64,000 nt of DNA from Balanoglossus misakiensis (Eukaryota; Animalia; Hemichordata). The translations under genes were made by a program, and so were the position numbers. Location of the stretch: the NCBI GenBank assembly GCA_040954595.2, contig CM082582.2:7752063-7816062 (forward strand), written 5' to 3'. Under the pieces are notes generated by a model. The model worked only from the letters and a program-made list of their open reading frames with translations, had not been told where the DNA came from and did not search any database. Positions 46,301 to 63,012 of the stretch are shown piece by piece; positions within the stretch are counted from its first letter, which is position 1, and each line of letters opens with the position of its first letter.

Positions 46301-47322
46301 CTCTAATCTCTTGCAGGAACTGGTTTCCAGATGCCAGCCGCGGCAGCCGCAGCACTCAATCCACTGGCAGCCCTGCCTGGTGTTGGACTGCCGGTCGTAC
46401 AGGGACAACAACCATCCGTCAATCTGCAGGCGTCATTAGCCGCCGCCCAGCAACAGGCACACCAACAAGCAGCTGCTCTGCATCAACCGCCAGTCAGCAC
46501 TGTACCAATGCCAGCCATTGCAACACCTTGTTTTGTACTTTCCAATATGTTTGATCCTACAACGTAAGTTTAGTATATAAAATAAATTTCCCCTCATTAC
46601 TAGATCACGATACCTGGTTAATTACTGTAGCAATGTGTTGGTTGCCAAATAATACAAGTTTAGCTTTGTATAAAACTAGAATCAGGAATAGATTTTCTCA
46701 GGAGTCTTAGTGTACATAGTCTAAACACAATAGTGTATTGTACCCCGAACAGTATAGGTTTGTCAGTATGGCCCAGTAATGAGTGAACTTCAATTGCTTT
46801 CAGTGAAACGACACAAGGTTGGGACCAGGAAATCCGAGATGATGTCATAGAAGAGTGCTCCAAGCACGGCGGTTGTGTACACATCTATGTCGACAAGACG
46901 AATCCACAGGGTATTGTGTACGTGAAATGCGCCAATGTACAATCTGCACAGTTAGCGGTCAATGCACTTCATGGAAGATGGTTTGCAGGTAGGTCAGTTT
47001 GTTCTTCTGAAAACCCAGGTTCAGGAATCCCCTATGGTGTGATAGGTCACTGGGGCTAGAGGTCAAAGCCTCATCTCGGGTCAGAGGTCAAAGCCTTGTC
47101 TGAAAGTTTGTGGTCCACAAAAAAGTCGTTGCAACGTTTGATGAAAACATTACATTATGAGGTCACTCACTGCCAACGTGCTTTCAAACACTCACATCAC
47201 CCCTCTGTTCTCTTCCAGGGAAAATGATCACAGCTGCATACGTACCACTTGCCAGCTACCACGGCTTGTTTCCGCAAGCCATCACAATGACCCAACAGCT
47301 ACTGCCATCATCACAACAATAA
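40332..47322 (+). CDS. RBM39: RNA-binding protein 39 (CAPER; RS domain, RRM1, RRM2, UHM)
   Basis: Exons: 40332-40385 (MAEDFDVEAMLEAPYKKE), 42921-42964, 43740-43802, 44019-44219, 44338-44461, 44746-44838, 44987-45184, 45393-45458, 45755-45959, 46317-46563, 46804-46988, 47219-47322. Motifs: RS repeats, PEERDARTVFCWQL, RRSKGIAYVEF, RLYVGSLHFNITEEML, LNGFELAGRPMKVG, TTGRLQLMAKLAEG, LHGRWFAGKMITAAY. Confidence 0.96.
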
Positions 47323-49189
47323 CCACCGATCTACACAGCTACACCTACTATTTATACAGACTAAGCTGTGATGTATATTTTCATAATGAAGATACCAGAT
47401 TCTCCATTCACATAGAACTTTTATTGAATTATGTTTGTCCAGAGATTATTTGGATGATGTACTTTCTATATGTTTTATAAAAAAAAGGTATTTCCATTGT
47501 AGAGTTCTATTTAGAGAAAGACATGCGGTTATAAATCAAAGTTTAAGCCTGCTGTCTTGAAGGCATGCTATTGTAAATTTACAAGAACTTTTCCATACTT
47601 CTTATCTGGTGTCTTGGTTTGAAAACCCATACTGCCCTTTTGAGAGAAATGAAAGACAACATCTAAAATAATGCATCGTGTAGGTTCATATACACTGACA
47701 TGAAATTGAATGTGATTCAAGTGTTCAAAAAAATCACATTTGTCAGTTTTTGACACGTGAAAAGAAATAGCCCGTAGTCAGGGTGCTAATTTTTTATTGC
47801 CAGCAAAATGTTTACTGTTGCCACGCATTTATAAACTGTTTATAATTTTGGATCATTTTTTAACATCCAGAAAAATTCTGATTATTTTGCCTTGTTCTAC
47901 TTATATCAGTACTTTGATCAAAGGTAAAGATTTCCAATTCCAGACTGCCATTGTGTTGTGAAGTCCATAATGCCTTTGTGGGTCTTTTGATTCAGTATTC
48001 TCGCTACCATTATATAGTTTTCGCTTTGTGCTTGGAATGATATCACATATTGCATTGTTGTGGGAAAAAAGTCAACCCAGCAAAACCTATTAAAGTAGTG
48101 AGAATCTTGATCCAACATGCTTCACTCACACAATATTGATCAAAGTATTTTTTGCTGGATTTTCTTTTAAACATGCATTGTCTTGATCATAAATGGAGTA
48201 ATGTTGTCATGTATAAAAGGAATATTCAAGGTCCTTCAGTCTTGTCTCATGCTGTACCCTAAGTACTAACTTTTGTTTATTCCATATCATTTTATCTATG
48301 TATATAAACTGTCAAGACATTGTCATTTCTGGAAGGTGGTCATATAGTTAGTAAAAACTAGATCATATTTTAATCTACAGTGTTTTTTCATGTATTGAAG
48401 GTTTTGAAGTAAGTTTATATGGGAAGTTGATCTTGATGGTTGAAAAGTGATATGTTGGTCGTGAAACTAGGCATGGGAGAATGTTTGGAGTCTGAGTGCA
48501 TGGTTACGCAGGATTTCATAAGAATGCTAGCAATTTGCTGGTTAGAATACAAATGTGTTTGGTCATCTCGTTACTGCCATTGCAGTTTAAGTGTTCAGGC
48601 CCTTCATTCCTTTTGGGGAAAATGCTTTATATTTTCATGGTGTCAATTTTGTCCATACTTAAGCTTGTTCTGTACAATTGATTGAAACTTGTTGCTATTT
48701 GTGACCTCAGACTTGAATGCTTCTGAAAATCATTCTTTGTACATTGAGATTGGCATGATTTATAGTTCAAAAGGTGAATGTGTATGCCAGGTAATTTTGT
48801 TCATATCAGTTGGAAACCGCAGATTTGAGCGAATTAGTTTGTAATTAGCATTTTTAATAAACATTGTGTCGCAAAGACTACACACTGTGTGACTGCAGTT
48901 ATTCTTTTAAAAACTCGGCCGTTTCCTTTTACACAAATGAAAGTACCTCTCAGTCAGTAGCTTTCTGAGGCATCGTTGAATTCACATATTTGAGTGAAGT
49001 CATGTGTCTGCAGCTTGCTTGAGGAAGAAGCTTTAAGACTGATAACCGTAAGTCTGGAGAAAGTTTTTATTTAAAGACCGTGGTGATGGATGTGCCATCG
49101 CCTGCATATGGCGGCATGGTATGGGCAAGGTCAAAGGTCATATTCTAAATTGCGCCCTCATTCGATGACGAATTTTCTCGTGACCTTTA

Positions 49190-49250
49190 CAGTGACGCAT
49201 GCGCAGGAAATTTGTCATAGTGAGCAAAACTGAAGGAAACCCGGAACAGA
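49190..49250 (+). promoter_or_regulatory. CHMP1A housekeeping-type promoter motifs
   Basis: NRF1-like ACGCATGCGCA (49195-49205) and ETS-like CCGGAA (~49242-49247), 120-170 bp upstream of the ATG. Confidence 0.45.
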
Positions 49251-49367
49251 AGGAAAATATCAAGGTGTCTCGGTGTTTGGTATCTTTACACATTTTAACT
49301 GTTTCAAAGATAATTTAAAGGTGGTCGACAAAGTGTCTGTGCATCTCTTATTCTAAAGGAGACTAAC

Positions 49368-51238
49368 ATGTCAAAATTAGAAGGTAGGTGTCTTTACTAT
49401 ATCGATTCTTGGATACAGTGTCCCATCCACAGGCCCTGGACTCCACTGACTGTAGCCTGATATGGTATAACATAGAGATGTTATATCATATCAGGCATAT
49501 CATATCAATAAGAAAATATTCTAGGAAGTTATAAATACAATTTTAAGCATGCATTCTTAGTCCCTCCCAATGTTATTTTATGTCAATTACATCTACAGGT
49601 ATATAAGAATACATTCACAGTGTATCTGGTATATTGTTATTGTTATGAAGAACTTGAGTGAATTGACTTTTTTTCTGCTTTATCTTTTTTTGCACATTTC
49701 CCTGAATTCTTGATGCCATGTGTGTGTACAAGATACGCTGTTTCAGTTGAGGGTAAGTAACATATTTATCCATTAGCCATAGTGATTTGTGTGATCCCAT
49801 TTAAAAGACACATGGCTGTCCCGTTCCATTACAAGTCAGCTGTCAATATGTTTTTCCTGAGACGGTGTCCTACCAGGTTGATACCGAGGCCAGGGCACAT
49901 CATAAGTCTGTTCTTGTTCTCACTCTCACTGGTCAGAACAGATAACACGTACATAGGAGTAGTACCATTACTGAGTGAGTGAAATGTTATGATGTGTTTA
50001 TAACTTGTTCTGTTTTCTTGTCAGTTTACTACAAAACAGCTTGAAAGACATGCCAAAAAGGCAGAAAAAGATCAGAAGAAAGAAGCAGCAAAGGTTAAAA
50101 AGGTTAGAATCGTATCATTGCTGTCATGCCATATGGTATCAATTATCCGGTATAGATTTGCTTGTAACTGGTGTGAATTTCTGGTGTGTTATTGACACTG
50201 CTGAAGACCTCAAAACAACGGACAAACACCTGAAATAAAATGTCGCATACAGACTTCTTCCAGCGGTGTTTCATGGAAAAGAGATGAGGAATTAGTCTTG
50301 TGATAGTTGTACAATCAAGTGAAGTTAGATCATTGCCTATATTTGATGTAAATGTCTTGTGAATCCCCATAGGCCCTACAACAAAAGAATATTGAAGGTG
50401 CCAGGATATACGCAGAAAATGCCATCCGAAAGAAGAACGAAAGTTTGAATTTCTTACGACTGGCGTCGAGGGTGGATGCGGTTTCATCCAAGGTGCAGAC
50501 AGCAATGACAATGAAACAGGTAAATAGATGTACCACTGAGCATGCTCTGTGACCTTTGACACTGCTGTGGTCACCCAATGAGTCTTCTATTTCCAATGAC
50601 CCACTGCTTACTTTCATCTTTTACAGATTACAAAGGATATGGGGAATGTGGTGAAAGGTCTTGACAAAGCCATGGCCTCCATGGATCTTCAAAAGGTTTC
50701 AGGTGTAATGGAAAAATTTGAGAAACAGTTTGAAGATTTGGACGTACACACCGAAGTGAGTACAATGTTATAATATTCATATCTGTCTTATCGGTTAAAT
50801 GTCTAATCAGTTTGATTCCACGTGGCGTGAACTTTATACATCTTGTATTTGTGTCTGTAGGTCTTGCAAGACTCCATGGGTGTGGCCACAACTTTGTCCA
50901 CTCCGACAGACCAGGTGGACGACCTCATCAAACAGGTGGCGGAAGAAAACGGACTAGAAGTGATGACTCAATTGAACGAGGTGCAGGTGCCCACGGGTGG
51001 GCTCTCTGCCTCCGCCAGATCTCAACAGGAAGAGGAACAGTTATCAAGAAGGTAACTGCAAAAGTTGGATTGTATTTGGCCACTGGTTAAACTTTTCTAG
51101 TCTCCTCAAAATACATAGCACCTTTCCAAGCATATTTGCTTGTTATTTAACCTTACCTTTTCGGAATGTTTGAAGGGTTCGTATTCATATAATCCTTCCT
51201 CTTTTTCTTCTTACAGGTTACAAGCCTTGAGAAATTAA
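49368..51238 (+). CDS. CHMP1A: Charged multivesicular body protein 1a (ESCRT-III, Snf7 family)
   Basis: Exons: 49368-49383, 49733-49752 (20 nt), 50025-50102, 50373-50519, 50627-50755, 50861-51051, 51217-51238. Sequence DTLFQLR-FTTKQLE..., [28 protein letters not shown], and C-terminal MIM1 EEQLSRRLQALRN. Confidence 0.93.
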
Positions 51239-52367
51239 GCAGTGAAAATGGCCTGTATATAAACCCCCTTTTACCAATCTAACAGAAAAAATAAATATAG
51301 TGAGGTTATTTTAATGTATAGATAGAAAGTTGCTGCTCCTAAGTAGTCCACTGTTCACTTGTACAAAAAGAAAACAGAAAAAAAGATGAGATACATATAT
51401 ATTTGTCATTTCTGCAAACTTAGTATGCGCAAGTTTTGTGGTTATGATAGCCTACTTAGAAGAGGGATATTGTTCAACTGATTTTGTAAATGATATGCAT
51501 TCAATTGTGAGTTATGTAATTAATGAACAGATCAGTGGATTTGTTCAGAATGTAGAGAAGCAAGTGAGAGACAACAGGTCTTCTGGAAGAGAGTGGCTGT
51601 TGTAATGATAATGATGTACAGTAAAACCTGTTTTCACCTAACACCAAAGGGACTTATGCAGGGGAGAAGCAAAGAGGGTTTTTGCATCAAAGAAAATCAC
51701 TCCTGTTGTGGGGACAATGCAAAATATAACTGAGATAGGCCAGACCATTGTCTTATCTTCAGTCTGTACAGAGGTGTGATGGTGTACGTGGCAGGAAATC
51801 TATAGTTGCTGGCACATGCACTTCCATAGATACCAAAGTTCTCAAGTATCCATGTAAACAATAGATGAAGATAAAGTTATCAATCACTTCAGTTCTGTTG
51901 ACTCTTTTCTTCTCTTTTCTGTAAATAAATTTTATTATTGAATATTCTATCAGTTGACTATTTATTAATGATTACCATATTTTGTTTTTACTTCCACTTA
52001 TGACGTAGTGCCGAAGTATTTCGATATATTAAATGCTATGATAATTGTGCTGTACTGTAAGTTTCTTGTAAAAATGTACTGTGATCTGCTGTAAATGTAT
52101 TGTGATTGTGAATGTAACTTTTTGTAAAAGAAAGCATATATCCACATATAGGAAGAATCTAACATTTATTCTGATAATTTTACTATGACATTGTTTCATT
52201 AATTCGGTATTCACCAATAGTTTGTAAGTATTGGACACATTACAGAAACATGTCGAAGTGCGAAAGCGTACAAAGCCTCCGACATATTTGCAATTTGAAA
52301 TGAACATTTATGAAATGAACACAGTATGGCAAGAAGTATAAACTGTCAGTGCGCGTTACGTGGCGCT

Positions 52368-53435
52368 TCATGGGGGAGGAACTGTCTTGCTACTCTGCTG
52401 TGGTTTAACACCCTCATCCTTGGAGGGGTCACCTGTCCCCGGCTGACTTTTGTCCGCCGAGCAACCAGCAGCAGCCGCGGCCGTACCGCTGCTGCCGGGG
52501 TTGCTGCACTGCTGTTGGGCCGCCGCCTGCGCTGTTTTTGTGCGTTTCAGTTTGTAGTACTGCGACATGCGGGAGAACCACGGGTCCTTGCGCATCTCGT
52601 GGATGTGGATGCGAGTCTTGGCGGGCGAGAGAATGCGGCAGACGAGATCCTTGCAGTCCTCGGTGATCGTCTTGTTGCTAGGGAACTGGACGCGGCTCTG
52701 CACCTGGTGGATCAGTATCTTGTGGTTGGTGTCATCGAACGGGAGGCGCCCGAAGATCATGGTGAAGAGGATGACACCCATGCTCCAGATGTCGCCGACG
52801 AGCGGGTCGTACGGAATCCCCCGAAGGATCTCTGGCGGCGCGTAAGCGTAGCTCCCGCAGTACGTTTCGCTGAGAATGATCCTGCCGTCCCTCGACTTCA
52901 TGTTCCCCCTGGCGAAACCGAAGTCGGTCACTTTCAAATTGTTGTGTTTGTTCAGCAAGAGATTCTCGCATTTTAGATCTCGGTGTACCACCCCCTGGGA
53001 ATGACAGTACTCGATTCCGTCGACCAACTGATGGAACCATATCCCGGACTGCGTTTCTGATATTGCGCCGTGTGACTTGATGTAGTCCAGTAAATCTCCA
53101 TTGTCGGCCATCTCCATGATGAGATACATCCTGCTCGTCGTCTCTATCGATTGCAGAAAGCAGATCAAGTTCGGATGCTTGAGGTGTTTGATGACTTCTA
53201 TTTCTCTGGGCAAGAATTTCGCCAGGTAATCTTCCGGTGCCTTTCTCTTCGACACGATTTTGATGGCCACTTTGCATTTGTGTTTGGCCGAAACCGCCCA
53301 CTTGACGGTCGCGTAACTCCCGTGCCCCAAAGTCTCACCGATGGAAAACCCGTGCGCTTCCAGCACAGATGCCGGCTTCCCCGTCGAAGAAGCGTCCTTC
53401 TCCTTTGCCTTCTGCTCTTTAACCCGACTTGTCAT
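52368..53435 (-). CDS. TSSK4: Testis-specific serine/threonine kinase (TSSK4-like), intronless ORF
   Basis: 355-aa ORF with a complete kinase domain: LGHGSYATV, VAIKIVSKRKAPEDYLAKFLPREI (TSSK signature), HRDLKCENLLL, DFGFAR, SETYCGSYAYAPPE. Confidence 0.9.
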   Translation of the reverse strand: MTSRVKEQKAKEKDASSTGKPASVLEAHGFSIGETLGHGSYATVKWAVSAKHKCKVAIKIVSKRKAPEDYLAKFLPREIEVIKHLKHPNLICFLQSIETTSRMYLIMEMADNGDLLDYIKSHGAISETQSGIWFHQLVDGIEYCHSQGVVHRDLKCENLLLNKHNNLKVTDFGFARGNMKSRDGRIILSETYCGSYAYAPPEILRGIPYDPLVGDIWSMGVILFTMIFGRLPFDDTNHKILIHQVQSRVQFPSNKTITEDCKDLVCRILSPAKTRIHIHEMRKDPWFSRMSQYYKLKRTKTAQAAAQQQCSNPGSSGTAAAAAGCSADKSQPGTGDPSKDEGVKPQQSSKTVPPP

Positions 53436-54058
53436 CTTCCAGGTGCCTTATTCGATAAAAATCGCATATTCGCCATCTAACCGCATCTCCATCACTTCCC
53501 AAGAAGTTGCGTACCTGGTTTGAGTCACGTGGTTGTTACTTTTTCATTGTTCTCTTCCATTGTCGTCGATTTCGCGTCAGTGGAATCGTGGTCGCCGTAA
53601 AAGAACGTGAAAGAACGAGACCAGAAATGGAATTCTCAGGGTGTGTAAAGCTTAATTTATCGTCAATTTGACCGCTCTCTGAAAATTTGGCTGTGTGAAT
53701 GTCATTTTTTCAAAAGAATGCTTTAGGAAATGACCAACGCCATGGGAAGAAATTCTTCATCGGGGATGGTAGGGGAACAGTGAAAGTAAATTCGTTTGGC
53801 CCAAGAACCTCTACCTCTGTGGAGTAAAATGATTTGTGCTGGGGGATATAGCCATTTTCCATCCCGGTAAACTCTGTTTTCGTTGGAAAAGACAATAGCT
53901 GCCAAAAGGAACAATGATATACACCTAAATTACTACAAACAACTCACCGAATTTTATTTCTAAAATTTACCAGTCACAATTCGCTATGTTAGTCTTACAA
54001 AACCAAAGTAACACGCCAAACACTCCTAGCACGCATATATCCTATCGTTGACATAAAA

Positions 54059-55552
54059 TTACACCACAAGTTTCCTCAGTTTCTTTTCGGCATCAAAGAA
54101 TATAACATAAATAGTAATGTCATCTCGGTGAAAACGAGCTTCCCCATCAGGCAGAGACAAGGATTCGGACAACTTTTGGGTGCAGATGCCGTGTTCGGTG
54201 TCCCCTAGCGCGTGTCGGATGAGATGCGTGGCCACATTCTGGTCGATTGGCCTCGACGCAAGACCGACTGCTCGCTCCTTCAGCTTCTTGTTAATGTCCG
54301 TCAAAGTCTGCCTGTGGGTGGAAGATTTCAGCCGAAACGGTTCCAGCGTTTCCTTGCCACTGATGTGGTCCCCAACGAGCTGGACGGCCTTCTCCTTGGA
54401 CATGACGTCCCAAAGTCCGTCAGTGGCCAGGATCAGGAACTTGTCCTGAGGGGAAAGACGGTGATGGATCACTTCTGGCGAGGCCGTCAAATACGGGGGC
54501 GAGTAGTAATGCTTGACGGCCAACCTGTTCCAATTTGGAAAAGCCTTTAGGTTATTAATGGTCCATTTGAACTTGACATCCCCAAATGCTCGCAACGGTG
54601 CGAGTTCCGCAAGCAGCCGCCCGTTCTTAATCACAAAGTTGCTTTCATTGTTGGGATGCGCTCTCCTTATTCGCTCGATCTCGTCTTGGTTGTAACCATT
54701 GTGGCGGTGAGACAGCGGTTTGGCTACCCATCCCGACGCACTGCCGTCGGTTTTTCTGCCCAACACAGCCCGGCTATCGCCAACATTGGCCACAAAAATG
54801 TCCACACCGTTGATGTACACGACGCAGGAACACGACCCAGACAGGGCAACGTCCTCCGCGTCTTGGTACAATTGGCTCCGCCCGCTCAGATGCGCCTTCG
54901 CTTCGGAGGAAATGTCTTCATCCAGGCGAACGAACGCCAAGTCCAGCGCATCGTGGATGTCCTCATCCTCCACGTTCATCTTCATGCTGTCGGTGACAAA
55001 CCGAAACAAGCTCTTGCGATACCCTTCCAAACTCTCCTCGCTGACGTAATCATTGGGGTTCCGATACCACTTGACAAGCTGCAGGCTGTGGCGCCTGTTG
55101 ATGATGGCGTCGTTGATTTCAACAAGCCTGTCGTATGGCAACAGCGACACGGCGATGTATTCGAACAGTCTTTCACTGATCACCTGAGCGCACGCAGTCC
55201 CTGCGTGACCGTCGAATACACCATACAAAAGTCCACCGGTACGGAGGCACTTCGAGGCAGCCCTTCGATCTTCAATAGGCGCATTGGAGGCCAGCTGATT
55301 GGTGTCGAAAGACGTAACTATGCCACCTTCGTACGGATTCAAAGTCTCGGATATCTCGTGTTGTCGCAGTTTTTCGCTCAATTCTGACGGCGAAAGTATT
55401 GCGTAATTGCAAGCGCCGGTAGAGAATGGCCTCTCGCGTAAATGAGGGGCTCTAGTAAATGTCGATTCTTGCAAATATTTCCTATAGTTCCGACCAGAGA
55501 GGTAGTAAAGGCGTTTCCACTGAATCAACCGGCAACTTGCCATCGCCCGCAC
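54059..55552 (-). CDS. PDP1: Pyruvate dehydrogenase phosphatase catalytic subunit (mitochondrial PP2C/PPM), single coding exon
   Basis: 497-aa ORF with an Arg-rich presequence and motifs NQLASNAPIEDRR, GVFDGHAG, ANVGDSRAVLG, PLRAFGDVKFKW, YYSPPYLTASPEV, FLILATDGLWD, NVATHLIRHAL, RDDITI. Probable 5'UTR intron at 55594-55930. Likely pro-ortholog of PDP1/PDP2. Confidence 0.93.
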   Translation of the reverse strand: MRAMASCRLIQWKRLYYLSGRNYRKYLQESTFTRAPHLRERPFSTGACNYAILSPSELSEKLRQHEISETLNPYEGGIVTSFDTNQLASNAPIEDRRAASKCLRTGGLLYGVFDGHAGTACAQVISERLFEYIAVSLLPYDRLVEINDAIINRRHSLQLVKWYRNPNDYVSEESLEGYRKSLFRFVTDSMKMNVEDEDIHDALDLAFVRLDEDISSEAKAHLSGRSQLYQDAEDVALSGSCSCVVYINGVDIFVANVGDSRAVLGRKTDGSASGWVAKPLSHRHNGYNQDEIERIRRAHPNNESNFVIKNGRLLAELAPLRAFGDVKFKWTINNLKAFPNWNRLAVKHYYSPPYLTASPEVIHHRLSPQDKFLILATDGLWDVMSKEKAVQLVGDHISGKETLEPFRLKSSTHRQTLTDINKKLKERAVGLASRPIDQNVATHLIRHALGDTEHGICTQKLSESLSLPDGEARFHRDDITIYVIFFDAEKKLRKLVV

Positions 55553-55930
55553 GTAACCCTCGTGTTAATGCTGGCTGCAGGTCCACACTGTACCTGCAAG
55601 ACACCGTTCAAAATTCACACGGAAAATATCGACATGTAAAGGTGCTGAGTCCCATACGTATCTTCGATTTCATCTAGTATCCATATCCGTATCCGGTGAA
55701 AACAACGATCATGAACCTGTCGCGTGTGTACACTGTTAATGTTGTCTATGACCTCCTGGGTACAGGGCCGATGTACCGAACGTCACAATCGCAGCTGACC
55801 TCGATGAACCATTTGACCTTTGACCGGATACCCCAGCCGAACGAAATAAAATACTTTGGCCGGAAGATGCGGGAACGGACAGCAAAGCGTACAGACAAAT
55901 ATTTTACTTAACACTGATTCAGAAACTTAC

Positions 55931-56115
55931 TCGTCAGGTATACACACGCGAAAGCCGTGAAAAATTCTAGTTTCGATGTGGTGAGGCGCCAGACAGGGAA
56001 AATTAGAGACCCCTAGCTAGGGTGACAGGAAAACCAGTTTACTGCGCAGTCAAATTGGCGCACCCATGTTATTGCCTTGCGTAACTAAATATTCTGGAGA
56101 ACGTAAGTGATCACC
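55931..56115. promoter_or_regulatory. Compact bidirectional promoter PDP/NFS1
   Basis: The predicted PDP non-coding exon donor (rc GTAAGT at 55925-55930) and the NFS1 ATG (56116) are <200 bp apart. Palindrome ACTGCGCAGT at 56041-56050 and ATTGG (CCAAT) at ~56054. Confidence 0.55.
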
Positions 56116-60270
<4,155 letters not shown>

Positions 60271-61880
60271 TCCCAGAAGTTCAAGTGCGGAGGAAGAGAA
60301 CTATCGTGAGGCAGCAGTGGTGGCCAGCTGACACCAACTTGAATGTGGATGTGAAGTTGGAACAGCAGTCTTCGATCCATGTACGTTTATTTAATCTAGA
60401 ACAAAAGAAAGCAGTGTTTATGGCAATGTCAGTTTAACAAGGTATTATGTTCCACATAAAAACATGTACCAGTCCATCTATGCTGCTGACAAAGTGAAAA
60501 GGTAACGCATGTGAAAAATGTCACGTGTTTATTTTTAGAGAGTGAATACAATGGAATTCCAGCATGATTACATCACATGAATGAAAGGTCTTATATATCA
60601 GTCCTGGCTGAGCTATTCTCAAACTTACTTGTCGATCAACTTTTACCATTCTTATGGTTGATTTAGGTTATTTCACTGACGCAAAATACCCCCAATTTAT
60701 GTCTCAGAAAGGCAAGAACTCTCTGTATGAAGTAGAGACGGATTGTTTTGATATGTCGCTGAAAGACTGTATAGCATATAAATTTATTGTACAGAATCGT
60801 TTACTCTTTGATCACCTTTCAAACGATGTGGCTTTTTTTTCAGCAAACATGTATATTGCCCGCGGGTTATAGCAGCCCACATAATAAAGACTAAATAAGA
60901 TAATCTTTTGTGTCACGGATGTGATTTGTCTTGACTTGCAACGACACAAGCAGTAAAACCAATCAGTTTTAGTGACAGAAGCCACACAAATTCCCGCCCT
61001 CCCAAATGGTCGATCTTGTTACCATGTACATAACATATACCAAAGTACATGCAATTTAATTGAGAATCCTTTTTGCTTGAATATGTGGGCTAAAAATCGT
61101 ATTTAGTGTGCTTGCATGTGAGTACATTGTACATGTACATATCCTCTCCTTGAAGTGCGCCCTCGGTGGTGGTGTTTGCCTATGAACTTGCTGGCAAGGG
61201 GCGGGGTTTTCTCCGTGTGCATGTGATCCACGCCTGCACAGAGTTGACCGTTGACCCCGTTTAGCATATCAAATCTGCATAAATTTTGTCGCCAGAATGA
61301 ATGTGTTGCGTCCTGGGTGATGGTGACAGAGACACTGATGTACATGGCCGTGATAACTATTGGTAGAGTAGCGCAGCATCCATCCACCAAACTGGACTGG
61401 ACCGGGCAAAGAAGTGTTACCAAATATAGAAGGTAGCCTCTTCTCATGCTTGCGCTTGTGCAGACTACGGGCCTTGGCAGCTTTGTTCAGTTCGTTCGTT
61501 CACCGACAAGCGCGCGTTTGGCACCCTGTCAGCGGCGTGTGAACTCGATCACGACTTGAAATCTGTCCATTTGTCATTGACGGGAATTCGGGAATATATG
61601 GTAGAAGTGATGTCGATTTCTAGTGGTGTGGATTGCAAGGTATGAGAACATAACGATTTTGAATGATTGGTCTGACAAACTAGACATTACCACTTCTAAT
61701 ATAAGTAGACAGTGTAGTATTACGTAAACACACGGCCATGTGCTGTACCCATGCACAGGTCATTGTCGAATCCGTTGATAAAAAAAATTTCTGGTAAACC
61801 TGTGTCTAATAATCTTGAGGGCATGACATTAATAGACTCTAAAGGTGAAAGAAAGTCGACAGACCTCTTTTCAAAAATTA

Positions 61881-63012
61881 CTATCGTTCCCATCTGGATT
61901 CGAACGATAATGTTGATCTAAATGTTACCATACTTGCACATTTGGTTTGCCAAGTTGTTCCTTATCTTACTTCAGTTTCGGCGCCCAGTTGTTGATGTTG
62001 CGGTAAATTCAAAGAGGTTATATCGAGATTGATTACAATACTAACAGTGGGGTATTACGGGTGTCGTAAGAGGATCGTCTTACACTTCACATTGCTTGCT
62101 AAAGCAAGACTTTTATCTACGCGTGCGTGTCCAGTCCTTCCCTTTTGCTCTCTGTCTTCGAACTGCTAGGTCAGTCAGTTCTCGTTCCATGACAATTTTT
62201 GCTTTAGTCAGAGTGTCTAGTTTTTCACCAAGTACATCGCGGCGGTTTTCTATGGTCGGTCCATCAGTCGGCTTCAGTTTGTTGACTTCCGGTCCCCTTT
62301 CATCTTGAGCGTACTGCAATTTAGTTCGCGTTCTTTTACTCGCAATAGAATGACTCTGTGGAGTACAGTGATCGATCTCAGAATCACCAGAATGTGAACG
62401 TTTTATGGATGGCGAGGTACCGTCGAGAACGAACAATTTCACGTTGAGTGTTCCTCCCTTTTTAGATGCGTTGTCGTCAATAAGTTGTCTGAATCTGTTT
62501 GTCGTCGGAAGGTCAATTCTTTGCCCTTCGTAATCCATGACTTGCAGACGAAGTGAGACCATCCTTCGCAGATACGGAGTATCACTAGTGATTCTGTTTT
62601 CGAAGTCGCTATAAGACATACTGTGAAAGTCCTCGTCAGAAATGAAGACTGGCACAATCCGCGTTTGAGAATAATAGGAAAACTCAACCTTGAACATATA
62701 CTCGGCCATGTTGAACCGACAGCGACTAAACACGTTGGATTTGCAGTATTCCCGCGAAACTTTTACCACACACAGGGCTATTAAATAAAGTCAGGGTAGC
62801 GCCAATCAGTTGACTCGTTTTATTGTCTTATTTAAACAAACTGGCGAAGCATCCTACCGGGTAAGAAACCATTAATCCTGTTTGTGTTTGCCGCAAAGCA
62901 TATAAACTGTACAACAACTGTAGCAAAGTTGGAATCAACTTCACAAACCAATTACACAAGTGTGATAACATTTAGATCAACATTATCGTTCGAATCCAGA
63001 TGGGAACGATAG
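61881..63012. mobile_element. Putative non-autonomous TIR element (TA-flanked) carrying an ORF
   Basis: Perfect 50-bp inverted repeat at 61878-61927 / 62966-63015 (including the flanking TA at 61879-61880 and 63013-63014), with degenerate inward extension of ~80 bp. Confidence 0.55.
62113..62709 (-). CDS. Uncharacterised 198-aa protein, possible PB1/ubiquitin-like N-terminal fold plus coiled-coil, probably TE-borne
   Basis: Uninterrupted ORF from ATG (MAEYMFKVEFSYYSQTRIVPVF...SYSDFENRI...LRLQVMDYEGQRIDL) inside the inverted repeats. TATA-like and CCAAT motifs at 62778-62808. Fold assignment is by pattern only. Confidence 0.5.
   Translation of the reverse strand: MAEYMFKVEFSYYSQTRIVPVFISDEDFHSMSYSDFENRITSDTPYLRRMVSLRLQVMDYEGQRIDLPTTNRFRQLIDDNASKKGGTLNVKLFVLDGTSPSIKRSHSGDSEIDHCTPQSHSIASKRTRTKLQYAQDERGPEVNKLKPTDGPTIENRRDVLGEKLDTLTKAKIVMERELTDLAVRRQRAKGKDWTRTRR

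Noticed and set aside
52326-55387. Several 100-240-aa ORFs overlapping TSSK and PDP
   Set aside because: Antisense or alternative-frame shadows of GC-rich coding sequence.
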